A program made the translations under genes and the position numbers. Below are positions 24,506-33,516 of a stretch of DNA of 64,000 bases, one piece after another. The notes beneath the pieces are model-generated. The model did no database searches and was not told the origin of the DNA. It worked only from the letters and a program-made list of their open reading frames with translations. The stretch spans positions 161,612-225,611 of the IMG/VR virus record IMGVR_UViG_3300025924_000017. One strand, given 5' to 3'. Position 1 is the first letter of the stretch. The number at the start of each line of letters is the position of its first letter. The stretch is from a virus. Lineage: Duplodnaviria > Caudoviricetes.

Positions 24506-27226
24506 ATGGCTGTTGACGCGTCACAAATTACAATCGATCTCACACGCGACAGCCTCCTCGACAATTTCACACAGCAGACCCTAAAAGAGCGCTATATGTT
24601 GCCGGGCGAGACTTCGCCGCAGCATGCATTCGCGCGCGCCGCCGCCGCATTCGCCGACGACGAGGCCCACGCCCAGCGCCTCTATGACTACGTCTCCAAG
24701 CTCTGGTTCATGTTCGCAACGCCGCTCCTGTCCAACGGTGGATCGACGCGTGGGCTGCCGATCTCCTGCTTCCTGAACGTCGCCGAGGACAGTCGCGAAG
24801 GTATCTTCGATCACTGGGCGGAGACCGGCTGGCTTTCATCCGTGGGCGGCGGCGTTGGTGGCTATTGGGGTCTCCTGCGCTCGACCGACGAGACGACCTC
24901 CAAGGGCTCGCGCTCGACCGGCACGATCCCCTTCATCGCCGCTGTGGACAGAATCATTCTGGCCGTCAGTCAAGGTGGCACGCGGCGCGGCTCATATGCC
25001 GCCTACCTCGATATCCATCATCCGGAGATCGAAGAATTTCTCACCATGCGGAAGCCCACCGGCGGCGACCAGAACCGCAAGGCGACCAACCTCCACAACG
25101 CCGTCAACATCACCGACGAATTCATGCAGGCGGTCGAGAATGACGGCCCGTTCCATCTGCGGTCGCCCAAAGACAACTCGATCCGCAAGACCATCCGCGC
25201 CCGCGATCTCTGGCGTCTCCTGATCGAGACCCGGATGCAGACTGGCGAACCTTACATGGTGTTCATCGACACCATGAACCGCGCTCTTCCCGAGCCCCAG
25301 AAGGCGCTCGGGCTCAAGGTCCGGCAGTCTAATCTCTGCGTCGCGCCATACACCGAAATTCTGACGGACAAGGGCTACAAGCCCATCGCAGGGCTCGTGG
25401 ATCAGACGGTCGATGTCTGGAATGGGTCCGAATTGACGCCCGTCACGGTGCGTAAAACAGCCGATAGCGCAGAGCTTGTCCGCGTGTGGTTCTCGGACGG
25501 CGATTACATCGACTGCACCCCAGAGCACAACTTCTATCTGACGGACGGCTCCAAAGTTCCCGCCGCCGCTCTGCGCCTCGGAATGGCCCTTGAGGGTCAT
25601 GCGGGCGGTGGCGCGCCCGCCATCGATCATGCGCCACTCGACGCCGACCCCGAGAAGTCCGCCTGCCTCGCCTATGCCGCCGGGTGGGCAACTTTTGCCG
25701 GGTACGAAGAGAACGGCCGCCTGACAGTCCACGTCCCACACCAGCGGATCATGGAAGACGACAGCGATCCGCGCATGAAAGCCATGTTGCGGTTTTCGGT
25801 CGATTCCAGCGAAGACGAGACCGGCATGACGATCCGCTACGAGCCCGGCTCGATCCCATCCGGCTTCGTTCCCATGGCGTGGTCGATTGACGACCGGCGC
25901 CAGTGGCTCCGCGCCGTGATCGATGCCATCGGCGATCAGGATGAGAAGACGCTCGACGTGCGCATCGGCTCGACCGATGTGGACATGATCCGCGAAATGC
26001 GTCTCATGGGGCTGGAGATCGGTCTCACGCCGCAAGTGCGTCTGACAGAGACGACGAACGTCCTCATCCTCGACGAACAAAACCTCGCCTCGCTGTGGAC
26101 GCGGATGCAGGCCGATACGCCTACGATCACCGTCGCCGACATTCACCCGCTGCCATTCAAATCAGCAACCTATTGCGCCACGGAACCCAAGCGCGGTCGC
26201 CTGACGTTCAACGGCTATGTGACCGGCAACTGCACCGAGATCACGCTGCCCACCGGCCGCGACATCTTCGACAAGATGCGTACAGCCGTGTGCTGCCTGT
26301 CGTCGATCAATGGTGAGAAGTTCGACGAGTGGCAGCCTGTGATCGAGACGTTCGTCGGCGACCTCGCCCGGATGCTGGACAACGCCCTCAACATTTTCAT
26401 CTCGAACGCGCCGCCACAGCTTCACAATGCCGTCTACTCTGCGATGCGCGAGCGCTCCATTGGTCTCGGCTTGCTCGGCTTCCAAGCCTATCTGCAATCC
26501 AAGGGCATCGCGATGGAGAGCGCAGAAGCACGTGCGATCAATATCGAGATGTTCAGCATGATCCGGGCGGCGGCGGATAAGGCGTCGCTTGCACTCGGCG
26601 CCGAGCGCGGCGAGGCTCCAGACATGGCGGGGACCGGTGAGCGCTTCGCCCACAAGCTTGCCATCGCTCCAAACGCGTCATCCTCGATCATCTGCGGCGG
26701 CACGTCACCGTCCATCGAGCCTCACCGGGCGAACGCCTATCTCCACAAGACGTTGTCCGGTTCGTTCCCTGTCCGAAACCACTGGCTGGTCGATGCGCTT
26801 CAGGACCTCGGGATCGACAACGACGAGACATGGCAATCGATCATCGCGCACGAAGGTTCGGTTCAGCAACTCGATATCCCGCAGCATACCAAGGATGTGT
26901 TCAAGACGGCGCCCGAGATCGACCAGATGGCGCTCGTGCGCCTCGCCGCCGACCGTGCTCCTTATATCTGTCAGGCGCAGTCGCTAAATCTGTTCTTCGA
27001 GCACGATACCGATGCGGCCAAGCTGACCGAGGCGCATTTCATGGCATGGAAGCTAGGCGTGAAATCGCTCTATTACCTGCGCTCGACGACGCCGAAGCGG
27101 GCGGAGAATACGAATACGAAAGTTGAGCGGGTCGTCATGGCTACCGCAGGCCCCGAAGGGGCGAGCGAGGCGCAGCCCGTGAGTGCTCCTGCCGTCGATG
27201 AAGGATGTTTGGCCTGCGAAGGCTGA
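24506..27226 (+). CDS. nrdA: class Ia ribonucleotide reductase alpha subunit, intein-containing, no ATP cone
   Basis: FMFATPLLSNG, PISCFL, GGGVG, SNL[intein]CTEI, AIAPNASSSII, LYYLRS, C-terminal CLACEG. Confidence 0.95.
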   Translation: MAVDASQITIDLTRDSLLDNFTQQTLKERYMLPGETSPQHAFARAAAAFADDEAHAQRLYDYVSKLWFMFATPLLSNGGSTRGLPISCFLNVAEDSREGIFDHWAETGWLSSVGGGVGGYWGLLRSTDETTSKGSRSTGTIPFIAAVDRIILAVSQGGTRRGSYAAYLDIHHPEIEEFLTMRKPTGGDQNRKATNLHNAVNITDEFMQAVENDGPFHLRSPKDNSIRKTIRARDLWRLLIETRMQTGEPYMVFIDTMNRALPEPQKALGLKVRQSNLCVAPYTEILTDKGYKPIAGLVDQTVDVWNGSELTPVTVRKTADSAELVRVWFSDGDYIDCTPEHNFYLTDGSKVPAAALRLGMALEGHAGGGAPAIDHAPLDADPEKSACLAYAAGWATFAGYEENGRLTVHVPHQRIMEDDSDPRMKAMLRFSVDSSEDETGMTIRYEPGSIPSGFVPMAWSIDDRRQWLRAVIDAIGDQDEKTLDVRIGSTDVDMIREMRLMGLEIGLTPQVRLTETTNVLILDEQNLASLWTRMQADTPTITVADIHPLPFKSATYCATEPKRGRLTFNGYVTGNCTEITLPTGRDIFDKMRTAVCCLSSINGEKFDEWQPVIETFVGDLARMLDNALNIFISNAPPQLHNAVYSAMRERSIGLGLLGFQAYLQSKGIAMESAEARAINIEMFSMIRAAADKASLALGAERGEAPDMAGTGERFAHKLAIAPNASSSIICGGTSPSIEPHRANAYLHKTLSGSFPVRNHWLVDALQDLGIDNDETWQSIIAHEGSVQQLDIPQHTKDVFKTAPEIDQMALVRLAADRAPYICQAQSLNLFFEHDTDAAKLTEAHFMAWKLGVKSLYYLRSTTPKRAENTNTKVERVVMATAGPEGASEAQPVSAPAVDEGCLACEG
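25337..26230 (+). mobile_element. 298-aa intein with degenerate LAGLIDADG domain, at the NrdA catalytic Cys
   Basis: Starts CVAPYT after QSNL; block B CTPEH; ends NGYVTGN before Cys+1 (CTEI); eroded LAGLIDADG blocks LAYAAGWATFAG and WLRAVIDAIG. Confidence 0.93.
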
Positions 27227-27278
27227 TAACAAATTCCTTATCAAAACCTCCTGAAATAATAACAAAAAGGTTATCGTT

Positions 27279-28508
27279 ATGTCGCTGCTGAAAGCGCGCG
27301 ATCACTATAAGCCGTTCGAATATCCTTGGGCTTATGAGGCCTACCGCACAATGCAAGCCATGCACTGGCTGCCGCATGAGGCGCCCATGGCCGAAGACAT
27401 CAAGGACTGGAACCTGAGGCTCTCCGACAACGAGCGCTCACTGCTCACGCAGTTGTTCCGCTTCTTCACGCAGGCTGACGTGGACATCGCCAAGGGCTAC
27501 TATGAGAAGTACGCCCCACGCTTCCCGCATCCGGAAATCCGCATGATGATCGGCGCGTTCATCGCGGCCGAGGCAAATCACATCGATGCGTACTCGACGC
27601 TGATCGACACGCTCGGCCTTCCTGAGGGCGAGTACAAGGCGTTCCAGCAGTATGCCGCCATGCGCAAGAAGCACGATTATATGTTCGAGCGGGACGGCGG
27701 TAAAAGTATCGCCGATCTCGCCGTGGACATCGCTGTGTTCTCGGCGTTCGGTGAGGGGATGCAATTGTTCTCCTCCTTCGCGATCCTCCTGAGCTTCCAG
27801 AAGCGTGGATTGATGAAGGGTATGACGTCCATCGTCGAGTGGAGCTTGCGCGACGAAAGTCATCACGTGGAGTCCATGATCAAGCTGTTCCACGAGCTTG
27901 TGAAGGAAAACCCACGCATCTGGAACGATGAGACAAAGAAACGCATCTACGAGACGTGCCGTGACATGGTGAAACTCGAAGACGCCTTCATCGATCAAGC
28001 CTTCTCTCTGGGAGAGGTTTCGGGGATTTCTCCGGAGGAAACCAAGCGATATATCCGATACATCGCCGACCGGCGTCTCTTGCAACTTGGTTTGAAACCG
28101 AACTATAGGGTGAAGGACAATCCGCTCCCGTGGCTGGATTGGATCATGAATGCACCTACCCACACCAATTTCTTCGAACAGAGATCGACTGAATACGGAA
28201 AAGGCGCTATCGAAGGCTGGGAAGGTGCGTTCGCTTTCCTGAAACCGAATTCACAGGGGGCTAAGAAATACCGGGTGTATACAATGCCGGGCTGCCCTCA
28301 CTGCTCTCGGGCCGTGACGGCTTTGGTCGATGGTGGCTTTGACCACGAGGTGATCTTGATCGAGGACGCAACCGAGCGGACTCGAATGAAGGCAGTCGAG
28401 AATGGCTGGAAGACATTTCCTATGGTCTATGCCTTCGAGGGTGACACTGTCGCTCGCTTTGTTGGAGGTGCTGACGCTCTTGTCCAAGAGCTTGCCAGTC
28501 CTTCATAG
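27279..28508 (+). CDS. nrdB: class Ia RNR beta subunit fused to a C-terminal glutaredoxin
   Basis: FFTQADVDI, EANHIDAYS, EGMQLFSSF, RDESHHV, NFFEQRSTEY; then YTMPGCPHCSRAV...TFP Grx domain in the same frame. Confidence 0.93.
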   Translation: MSLLKARDHYKPFEYPWAYEAYRTMQAMHWLPHEAPMAEDIKDWNLRLSDNERSLLTQLFRFFTQADVDIAKGYYEKYAPRFPHPEIRMMIGAFIAAEANHIDAYSTLIDTLGLPEGEYKAFQQYAAMRKKHDYMFERDGGKSIADLAVDIAVFSAFGEGMQLFSSFAILLSFQKRGLMKGMTSIVEWSLRDESHHVESMIKLFHELVKENPRIWNDETKKRIYETCRDMVKLEDAFIDQAFSLGEVSGISPEETKRYIRYIADRRLLQLGLKPNYRVKDNPLPWLDWIMNAPTHTNFFEQRSTEYGKGAIEGWEGAFAFLKPNSQGAKKYRVYTMPGCPHCSRAVTALVDGGFDHEVILIEDATERTRMKAVENGWKTFPMVYAFEGDTVARFVGGADALVQELASPS

Positions 28509-28891
28509 GCGTGCCTAACTTCGTGATCGATTCGCAGGGTGAAGCCTTCAAGGACTGGGAAAATTCCATCTTTTAGCCAAACTTGGTTAAGAGAACTTTT
28601 ATGGTAATAAACCCTAACAACGTCGGGAACCGTGGCATAAACCCCACTAAGTGTCTGGCGTTGTTGTCTTTATGGCACGCCACATCCCCAAAAACGGGAC
28701 ACATCCGCGACTTTGTGTCAAATCTTAACACCAAATCCGCGCTATTGCCTAGTTTGAGAACTTCTGTATGATGCAAATCGTGACGGAAAGGGAAGACAAT
28801 TTCCTGATTCGTGACAAAAATGTGTGACGGAGTCCGGAACGGTGAGAGATAACGTTCGTTATGTCGTTGAACCTCTCACAGGATATGGACA

Positions 28892-29722
28892 ATGTCGAAA
28901 AGTGAACTGTCGCCAGAGGGGCGCCAGACATACGAAGGAAGCGAAACAATGGCCGCGACATCAGTCGTGAGAAAAGCCTCCGGCAGGAAAACTGCGAAGG
29001 TGAAGAGCGGACGCGGCACCAAGCCAGCGCCCGAAGAGCGTCGTAAGCTCAATCGAGTCGGCACGCAGGTGCATGAAAATCTGTCCGAGCCTAGCTCGGT
29101 CGGCGCGCGTATGTCCAAGCGCCGTCTCGAACTCGGACTGACGCAGGCACAGGTCGCCGACAAAGTGACGTTCACCCCGCAATCTGGACGGCGCCTCGGG
29201 CAAGACGTTCCGCTCAGCAGAAGCGGCTACTGCATGTATGAAACAAGCGGCTTGGTGCCGGACATCGACAAGATCATCGGCATCGCGCGCGCGCTCAAGA
29301 CGACACCGCAATACATCGCGTTCGGCGTGGTCGAGGACGAAGACGTCCAAGAATATCTGTTCGACTCCAAGCGCGGGTTCTATGCGGATGGAAAATGGCG
29401 TCTTCCGGCGGCGTGGCTGCGGCAGCAGTACGATCTCAACGCGGAAGCGCTCGGCGCCTTCATGATCTCGGACTACTCCGAGAGCTTCGTTGCCGGTGAC
29501 GTTGCGCTCTTCCATAAGAGCGTCGAGCCGACTGGCTCCGGCGGCTCTTTCATCTTCGCGTTGAAGGGTGAGGTCAAGATCGCTCACATTTCACGGCCGC
29601 CACGCAGCGATGTCTACCGTATCTTCCACGCGGACCTTAAGGGTCACGACGAGTATCCGATCAAGCAGGTCACGATCCTCGGCCGCGTCGTCGGAAAGAT
29701 CGGAAGTCTGGAACGTAGCTGA
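28892..29722 (+). CDS. CI-like XRE repressor with S24-like C-terminal domain
   Basis: RMSKRRLELGLTQAQVADKV...SRSGYCMYE...IARALKTTPQYIAFG HTH; C-terminal SESFVAGDVALF...GEVKI...ILGRVV; true start may be ATG 28949. Confidence 0.8.
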   Translation: MSKSELSPEGRQTYEGSETMAATSVVRKASGRKTAKVKSGRGTKPAPEERRKLNRVGTQVHENLSEPSSVGARMSKRRLELGLTQAQVADKVTFTPQSGRRLGQDVPLSRSGYCMYETSGLVPDIDKIIGIARALKTTPQYIAFGVVEDEDVQEYLFDSKRGFYADGKWRLPAAWLRQQYDLNAEALGAFMISDYSESFVAGDVALFHKSVEPTGSGGSFIFALKGEVKIAHISRPPRSDVYRIFHADLKGHDEYPIKQVTILGRVVGKIGSLERS

Positions 29723-29724
29723 AC

Positions 29725-29747
29725 GACGCCCGGCCCCGCCGGGCGTC
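29725..29747. terminator. hairpin between convergent gene blocks
   Basis: GACGCCCGGC-CCC-GCCGGGCGTC at the junction of rightward and leftward transcription. Confidence 0.6.
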
Positions 29748-29751
29748 CCGT

Positions 29752-29967
29752 TCACTCCTGTACCGCGTCCGCCCAGTGTAAGAAGAGGGTGTGATGCGCG
29801 ATCATCTCTGACACCATCCCATTATGAGCATACCACGAGACGGTCATCAGACCGGCCTCATCGAAATCCACCACCTTCATCTTGAAACTACCGGTTTTCA
29901 GGCAGACGTCGTCCCCGATCTTGAAAGGGAAGCGATGGAAACCGGGTTTGCCGCGTGTGTCGAACAT
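29752..29967 (-). CDS. DUF2158/YodC-like small protein
   Basis: FKIGDDVCLKTGSFKMKV...VSW. Confidence 0.6.
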   Translation of the reverse strand: MFDTRGKPGFHRFPFKIGDDVCLKTGSFKMKVVDFDEAGLMTVSWYAHNGMVSEMIAHHTLFLHWADAVQE

Positions 29968-29976
29968 CGGGCCTAG

Positions 29977-31259
29977 TCAGCGACCGTTCGACAGTGCGGA
30001 GGTGATGCGTTCCGGACAACCATCAGTCGGGCACTTGATCCACACGTAGTCGCCGTCGCGGGGATCGCGTACGACCTCACCTTCGCCACGTTCGAAACGA
30101 ACTTCACAGTGGCAATTCGTGCACTTACCCGTGTGCATGTAGTTCTCGGGCAATTTACCGGGGCGCGTAATCTTCACGCCGTTCTTCCTTCTTTATTGAT
30201 ATCAGCAGGCAATGGCGATCTCCGAACCGGCGAACATGACTTCGCTGCCTGTTAGGGCGGTGCGCTTCCAGACGAAATCCTCGACCGTGGACTTATTGAA
30301 GGGATTCATCCAACCGCGAGTGATCTTGACCTCGATCTCCAGCGTAGTCTTCGGACCAAGAAGCCCGTTGAGCAGCCAGCGCGGTTTGATCTTCCAGCGT
30401 GTCTTGCCGGTGAACTCTCGCGACATGACGTACATGCGATCCGGCACCATCAGTTCATTCCTTCTTTGTTGAGATACGGGAAATCATCCCAGAAGCCCCA
30501 ACCCCATGAATGCTGATGGCGCCAGTAGAGGCGGCCGATGATCCACCCAGCGTCGAGAGTCCGGACTGGTCGCCATGCAAACCAACGAACCCAGCGCCTA
30601 CTATCGTGGGGCGTTTCGATCCACGGCTCGGCGAATAGATCGGTGATCCTACCCATCAGTTTTGGCCTCCTTCAGGACCCTTATCAGTTGATCGTCCTCC
30701 ACATAGAACGGGTCTTGCCCGACGCGCGCCGTGAGCCAGATAACCTGCGCAAGCCGGAGATCGGGTTTACGCTCCCAAAACTCTCTGACGGCCTCTAACA
30801 CGGTCGGAATTCGCTGGGGGTCGCGGGTCATGCGCAGTACCATCCTCGACACTTCGTGCAGCGAATGCCGCTCCAGCATTTGGGATCGAGCACGTGCTTG
30901 CAGTCTGGATCGGCGCCAAACAGGAGTTCATTTAGCCGCGCATCGCTGCGGCCGTTCTTCTCCTGTCGTACTTCGTCCGCTGACATTGCGCTCTCTCGCG
31001 GATCGCTGGGAACACCATCCGGATCATTCAGGTACATCTCCGCAAACGTCGGTTGGCGTAGCGGCCCGTATTTATCCAGTGTCGCTTTGTCGAAGTGTGG
31101 CGACATTTCCACCGGACATTTTCCGGCACACTGGAGCCAAGCATCGCCCGAGAGGTGCTTGCACTTCGGGCAGATCATGAACTGACGCAGCAGATCGCGA
31201 TCTCGCCATATTGCCAGATTTCCACGCTTCGATGCTTCGGTATCAGGCTGCTTCTGCAT
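29977..31259 (-). CDS. run of small hypothetical ORFs including Zn-ribbon proteins and a DUF1040-like protein (MTRDPQRIPTVLEAVREFWERKPDLRLAQV)
   Basis: ORFs 29977..30177, 30202..30450, 30450..30656, 30649..~30840 and 30828..31259, tightly coupled; true starts uncertain. Confidence 0.55.
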
Positions 31260-31800
31260 AGCGCCTCCACAGCATCAGATCGAAGTCCGCAGGGCTTTTG
31301 CGCGCGCGCTTCGCCATCTTGAGGAACTCGCCTTCGAGCCTGCGATAGGTCGGCCCGGACGGTGGCGTGCTCTTCGGCGCATCGATACCCTTGGCGCGCA
31401 TGTGCTTGAGGATGTGCGTGTCGAGCGCAGCGAACTGTTGATCCGGCCGCGAGTGCATCAGGAACATGCGTGCGGTCTTAGGGCCGACGCCGAAGATCGC
31501 CTCAAACTTCTCGACAGGGTCGTTGGCGAGGTCGAGCGACAGGCTCTCCCGATAGCAACGCTCCAGCCGGTTGTACTGACCAAGGCCGCTGTCCTTGAGA
31601 AATTGGAGTAGCGTGCCCGTCGTCACTGCGTTGTGGATTTTGGCGAAGGGCGTGCGTCCCGGCATCTTCTCCAGCATGGCGTCGAGGAGACGCGCTTGCG
31701 TCTTGGCGGTCTTCCCCGCGACGGCGCACGAGAAGAGCCACATCTCTTCAAGCTCGAAGTAGGTGCGATTGAAATTGGTGAAGTTGGTGGGGTCGATCAC
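31243..31800 (-). CDS. HhH-GPD / 8-oxoguanine glycosylase-lyase-like protein
   Basis: HhH IFGVGPKTARMFL with catalytic-position Lys, and ALDTHILK with Asp. Confidence 0.75.
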   Translation of the reverse strand: MIDPTNFTNFNRTYFELEEMWLFSCAVAGKTAKTQARLLDAMLEKMPGRTPFAKIHNAVTTGTLLQFLKDSGLGQYNRLERCYRESLSLDLANDPVEKFEAIFGVGPKTARMFLMHSRPDQQFAALDTHILKHMRAKGIDAPKSTPPSGPTYRRLEGEFLKMAKRARKSPADFDLMLWRRYAEAA

Positions 31801-32238
31801 GGATAGATGGCTTCTGGCGTCATGCGCCGCCAGCCTTTCTCTTTGGCGAATGCGCGGGCGTCTGCGCGCGTGCGGAAGCGTTTGGCGTTCCGATGGCTGT
31901 AGGAACCCATGTAGAGCCGGTAGGGTTCGGACCAGCGCATGTATTCGTTGATGCGGTTGCGGAGCACCCAGTAGTGATCGAGGATCATTTGAGACGGACG
32001 TGCTCCACGGAAAGACTGCGAGCGTTCATGGGAAAGCACTTCATCGGATTGACTTCGTTGGCGTAGTCCCACGCTTCGTCGGCGGTCGAGAACAGAAACG
32101 GGATCGAGCACGCGGGGAAAATTGTCCCGTCATGTGGTCCCGAGAGTCCGATCTGAATACGGTACCGATTACGTGCGCGCCGCTTGATGGCGTTCTCCAG
32201 CGAAATGCGCTTGCGGCGTTCGTATGGTGTCTCGACGA

Positions 32239-32706
32239 TCATCTGCTCAGCCATGCACGGGCAACATGCAAGTTCTGGGCGAAAACCAGCATGGCTCCCA
32301 GATCATCGAAAACCGGAAGCCCTGATTTAAGCGCCCGATAGTGGAGATATTTCATCTTGTCGGCGCCACTCGGGTAGCCGAAGACGATCTTTCCGGAGTG
32401 AAGAAACTCGCCGAACTCAACGTTCGTGGTGAAGCCGGGGAGGTTCTCGATGTGCCGAGGAATCCAGAATGCAATGATCCTCGCTTTGTTCAGATATTCA
32501 ACTTCCCAATCGATCTGGGCATCGTAGTTGTCGAGCCACACTCCGTTCCGAGGCAGTGGCACGTAGACCTCACCGCAAAAGCCGCCTTGCGAAAGGATAT
32601 CGAGTGCTAGGGGCCTCCAGTCGAGATCGTCGGACTTCCGGGGGCTGGGTCCGGCAAGAAAGATGCCGTCGCCTTCACCGGTTTCGTGAGCGTAGATGGG
32701 TTTCAC
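32239..32706 (-). CDS. nucleoside 2-deoxyribosyltransferase-like protein
   Basis: IFLAGP...DWR, QIDWE..YL..A..IAFW, TTNVEFG. Confidence 0.8.
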   Translation of the reverse strand: MKPIYAHETGEGDGIFLAGPSPRKSDDLDWRPLALDILSQGGFCGEVYVPLPRNGVWLDNYDAQIDWEVEYLNKARIIAFWIPRHIENLPGFTTNVEFGEFLHSGKIVFGYPSGADKMKYLHYRALKSGLPVFDDLGAMLVFAQNLHVARAWLSR

Positions 32707-32717
32707 GGAAGTGCTCC

Positions 32718-33516
32718 CTATTCCTTGATACCCAAAGCCGCACGCTCTTCAGGCGTGAGCTTTTCAAGCGCCTGCTTGCGCAACTTGTCTCTCTCAGCTT
32801 GGGCCTTCTCCTCCACCATGCGTTTCGCGTCTGCGGCCTCGTGCACCTCCCACCAATCGGCGAGCTTGCGGCTGAACTTGTCCCGAGCGTTGTAGACGAG
32901 GGCGTCAAAGCCTTCGGGATTGTTTTTCTGCAATTTGCGCAGCGTGGCGCAGAGTTGGGGCACCAGTTTAATGGTGGGGCTGATCGGATTTGGTGAGATG
33001 ATCCCGAGCCGCTTGTTCACTTCGAGCAAGAGCGTCGCGGTCGTCTCCAACATCCGCTCGCGCTCGGTGGGCTCGGGTTCGTCGTAACGGCAGGCCATCA
33101 GTTGACATCCTTGATCGGCGTGAAGCTCCGGTGCCAGTCGTCGGCCCGGCGCGTGAAGACGTTTTTGTTGATGACGTTCTGGTAGACGACCGTCGTTGGA
33201 TACTTGTCCTGCTGCTTGCTGGTAACGTTGGCGATCATCAGGACCTCATAGTTGATGCCGTTCCAGTGCTGCCAGATCGTCTTGGGCTCAGGGAGCGTCA
33301 ATTGAAATTCCCGTGCGTCTTGTAGAAGTCTTGCGCACGTTGTAGCAGATCATCCGCCGCCGCTTTCTTGGCGCGTGCTCTCTCGAAAGCGTCATCCTGT
33401 TCACGGCTCGATGCAAAGCACGCGCCACCGACGCCGCTTAATGTTGCCTCGGCGCCTTTGGCGACTTCTTCCGCCGCCTTCAAAAGGGCCATGGCACGTT
33501 CGACACCTCGCATCAC
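32718..33516 (-). CDS. three small ORFs (32718..33098, 33098..33301 DUF1653-like, 33298..33516)
   Basis: Coupled ORFs; WQHWNGINYEVL...VVYQN...R pattern of DUF1653. Confidence 0.55.

Noticed and set aside
28587-28601. CtrA box (TTAA-N7-TTTA here; TTAA-N7-TTAC at 61174-61188)
   Set aside because: Each has a mismatch to TTAA-N7-TTAA and lies in a locally AT-rich stretch; two imperfect hits in 64 kb are too weak without a scan or binding data.
28573-28961. Divergent cro-like gene opposite the repressor
   Set aside because: The minus-strand ORFs here (28573..28776, 28749..28961) show no HTH pattern or SD.
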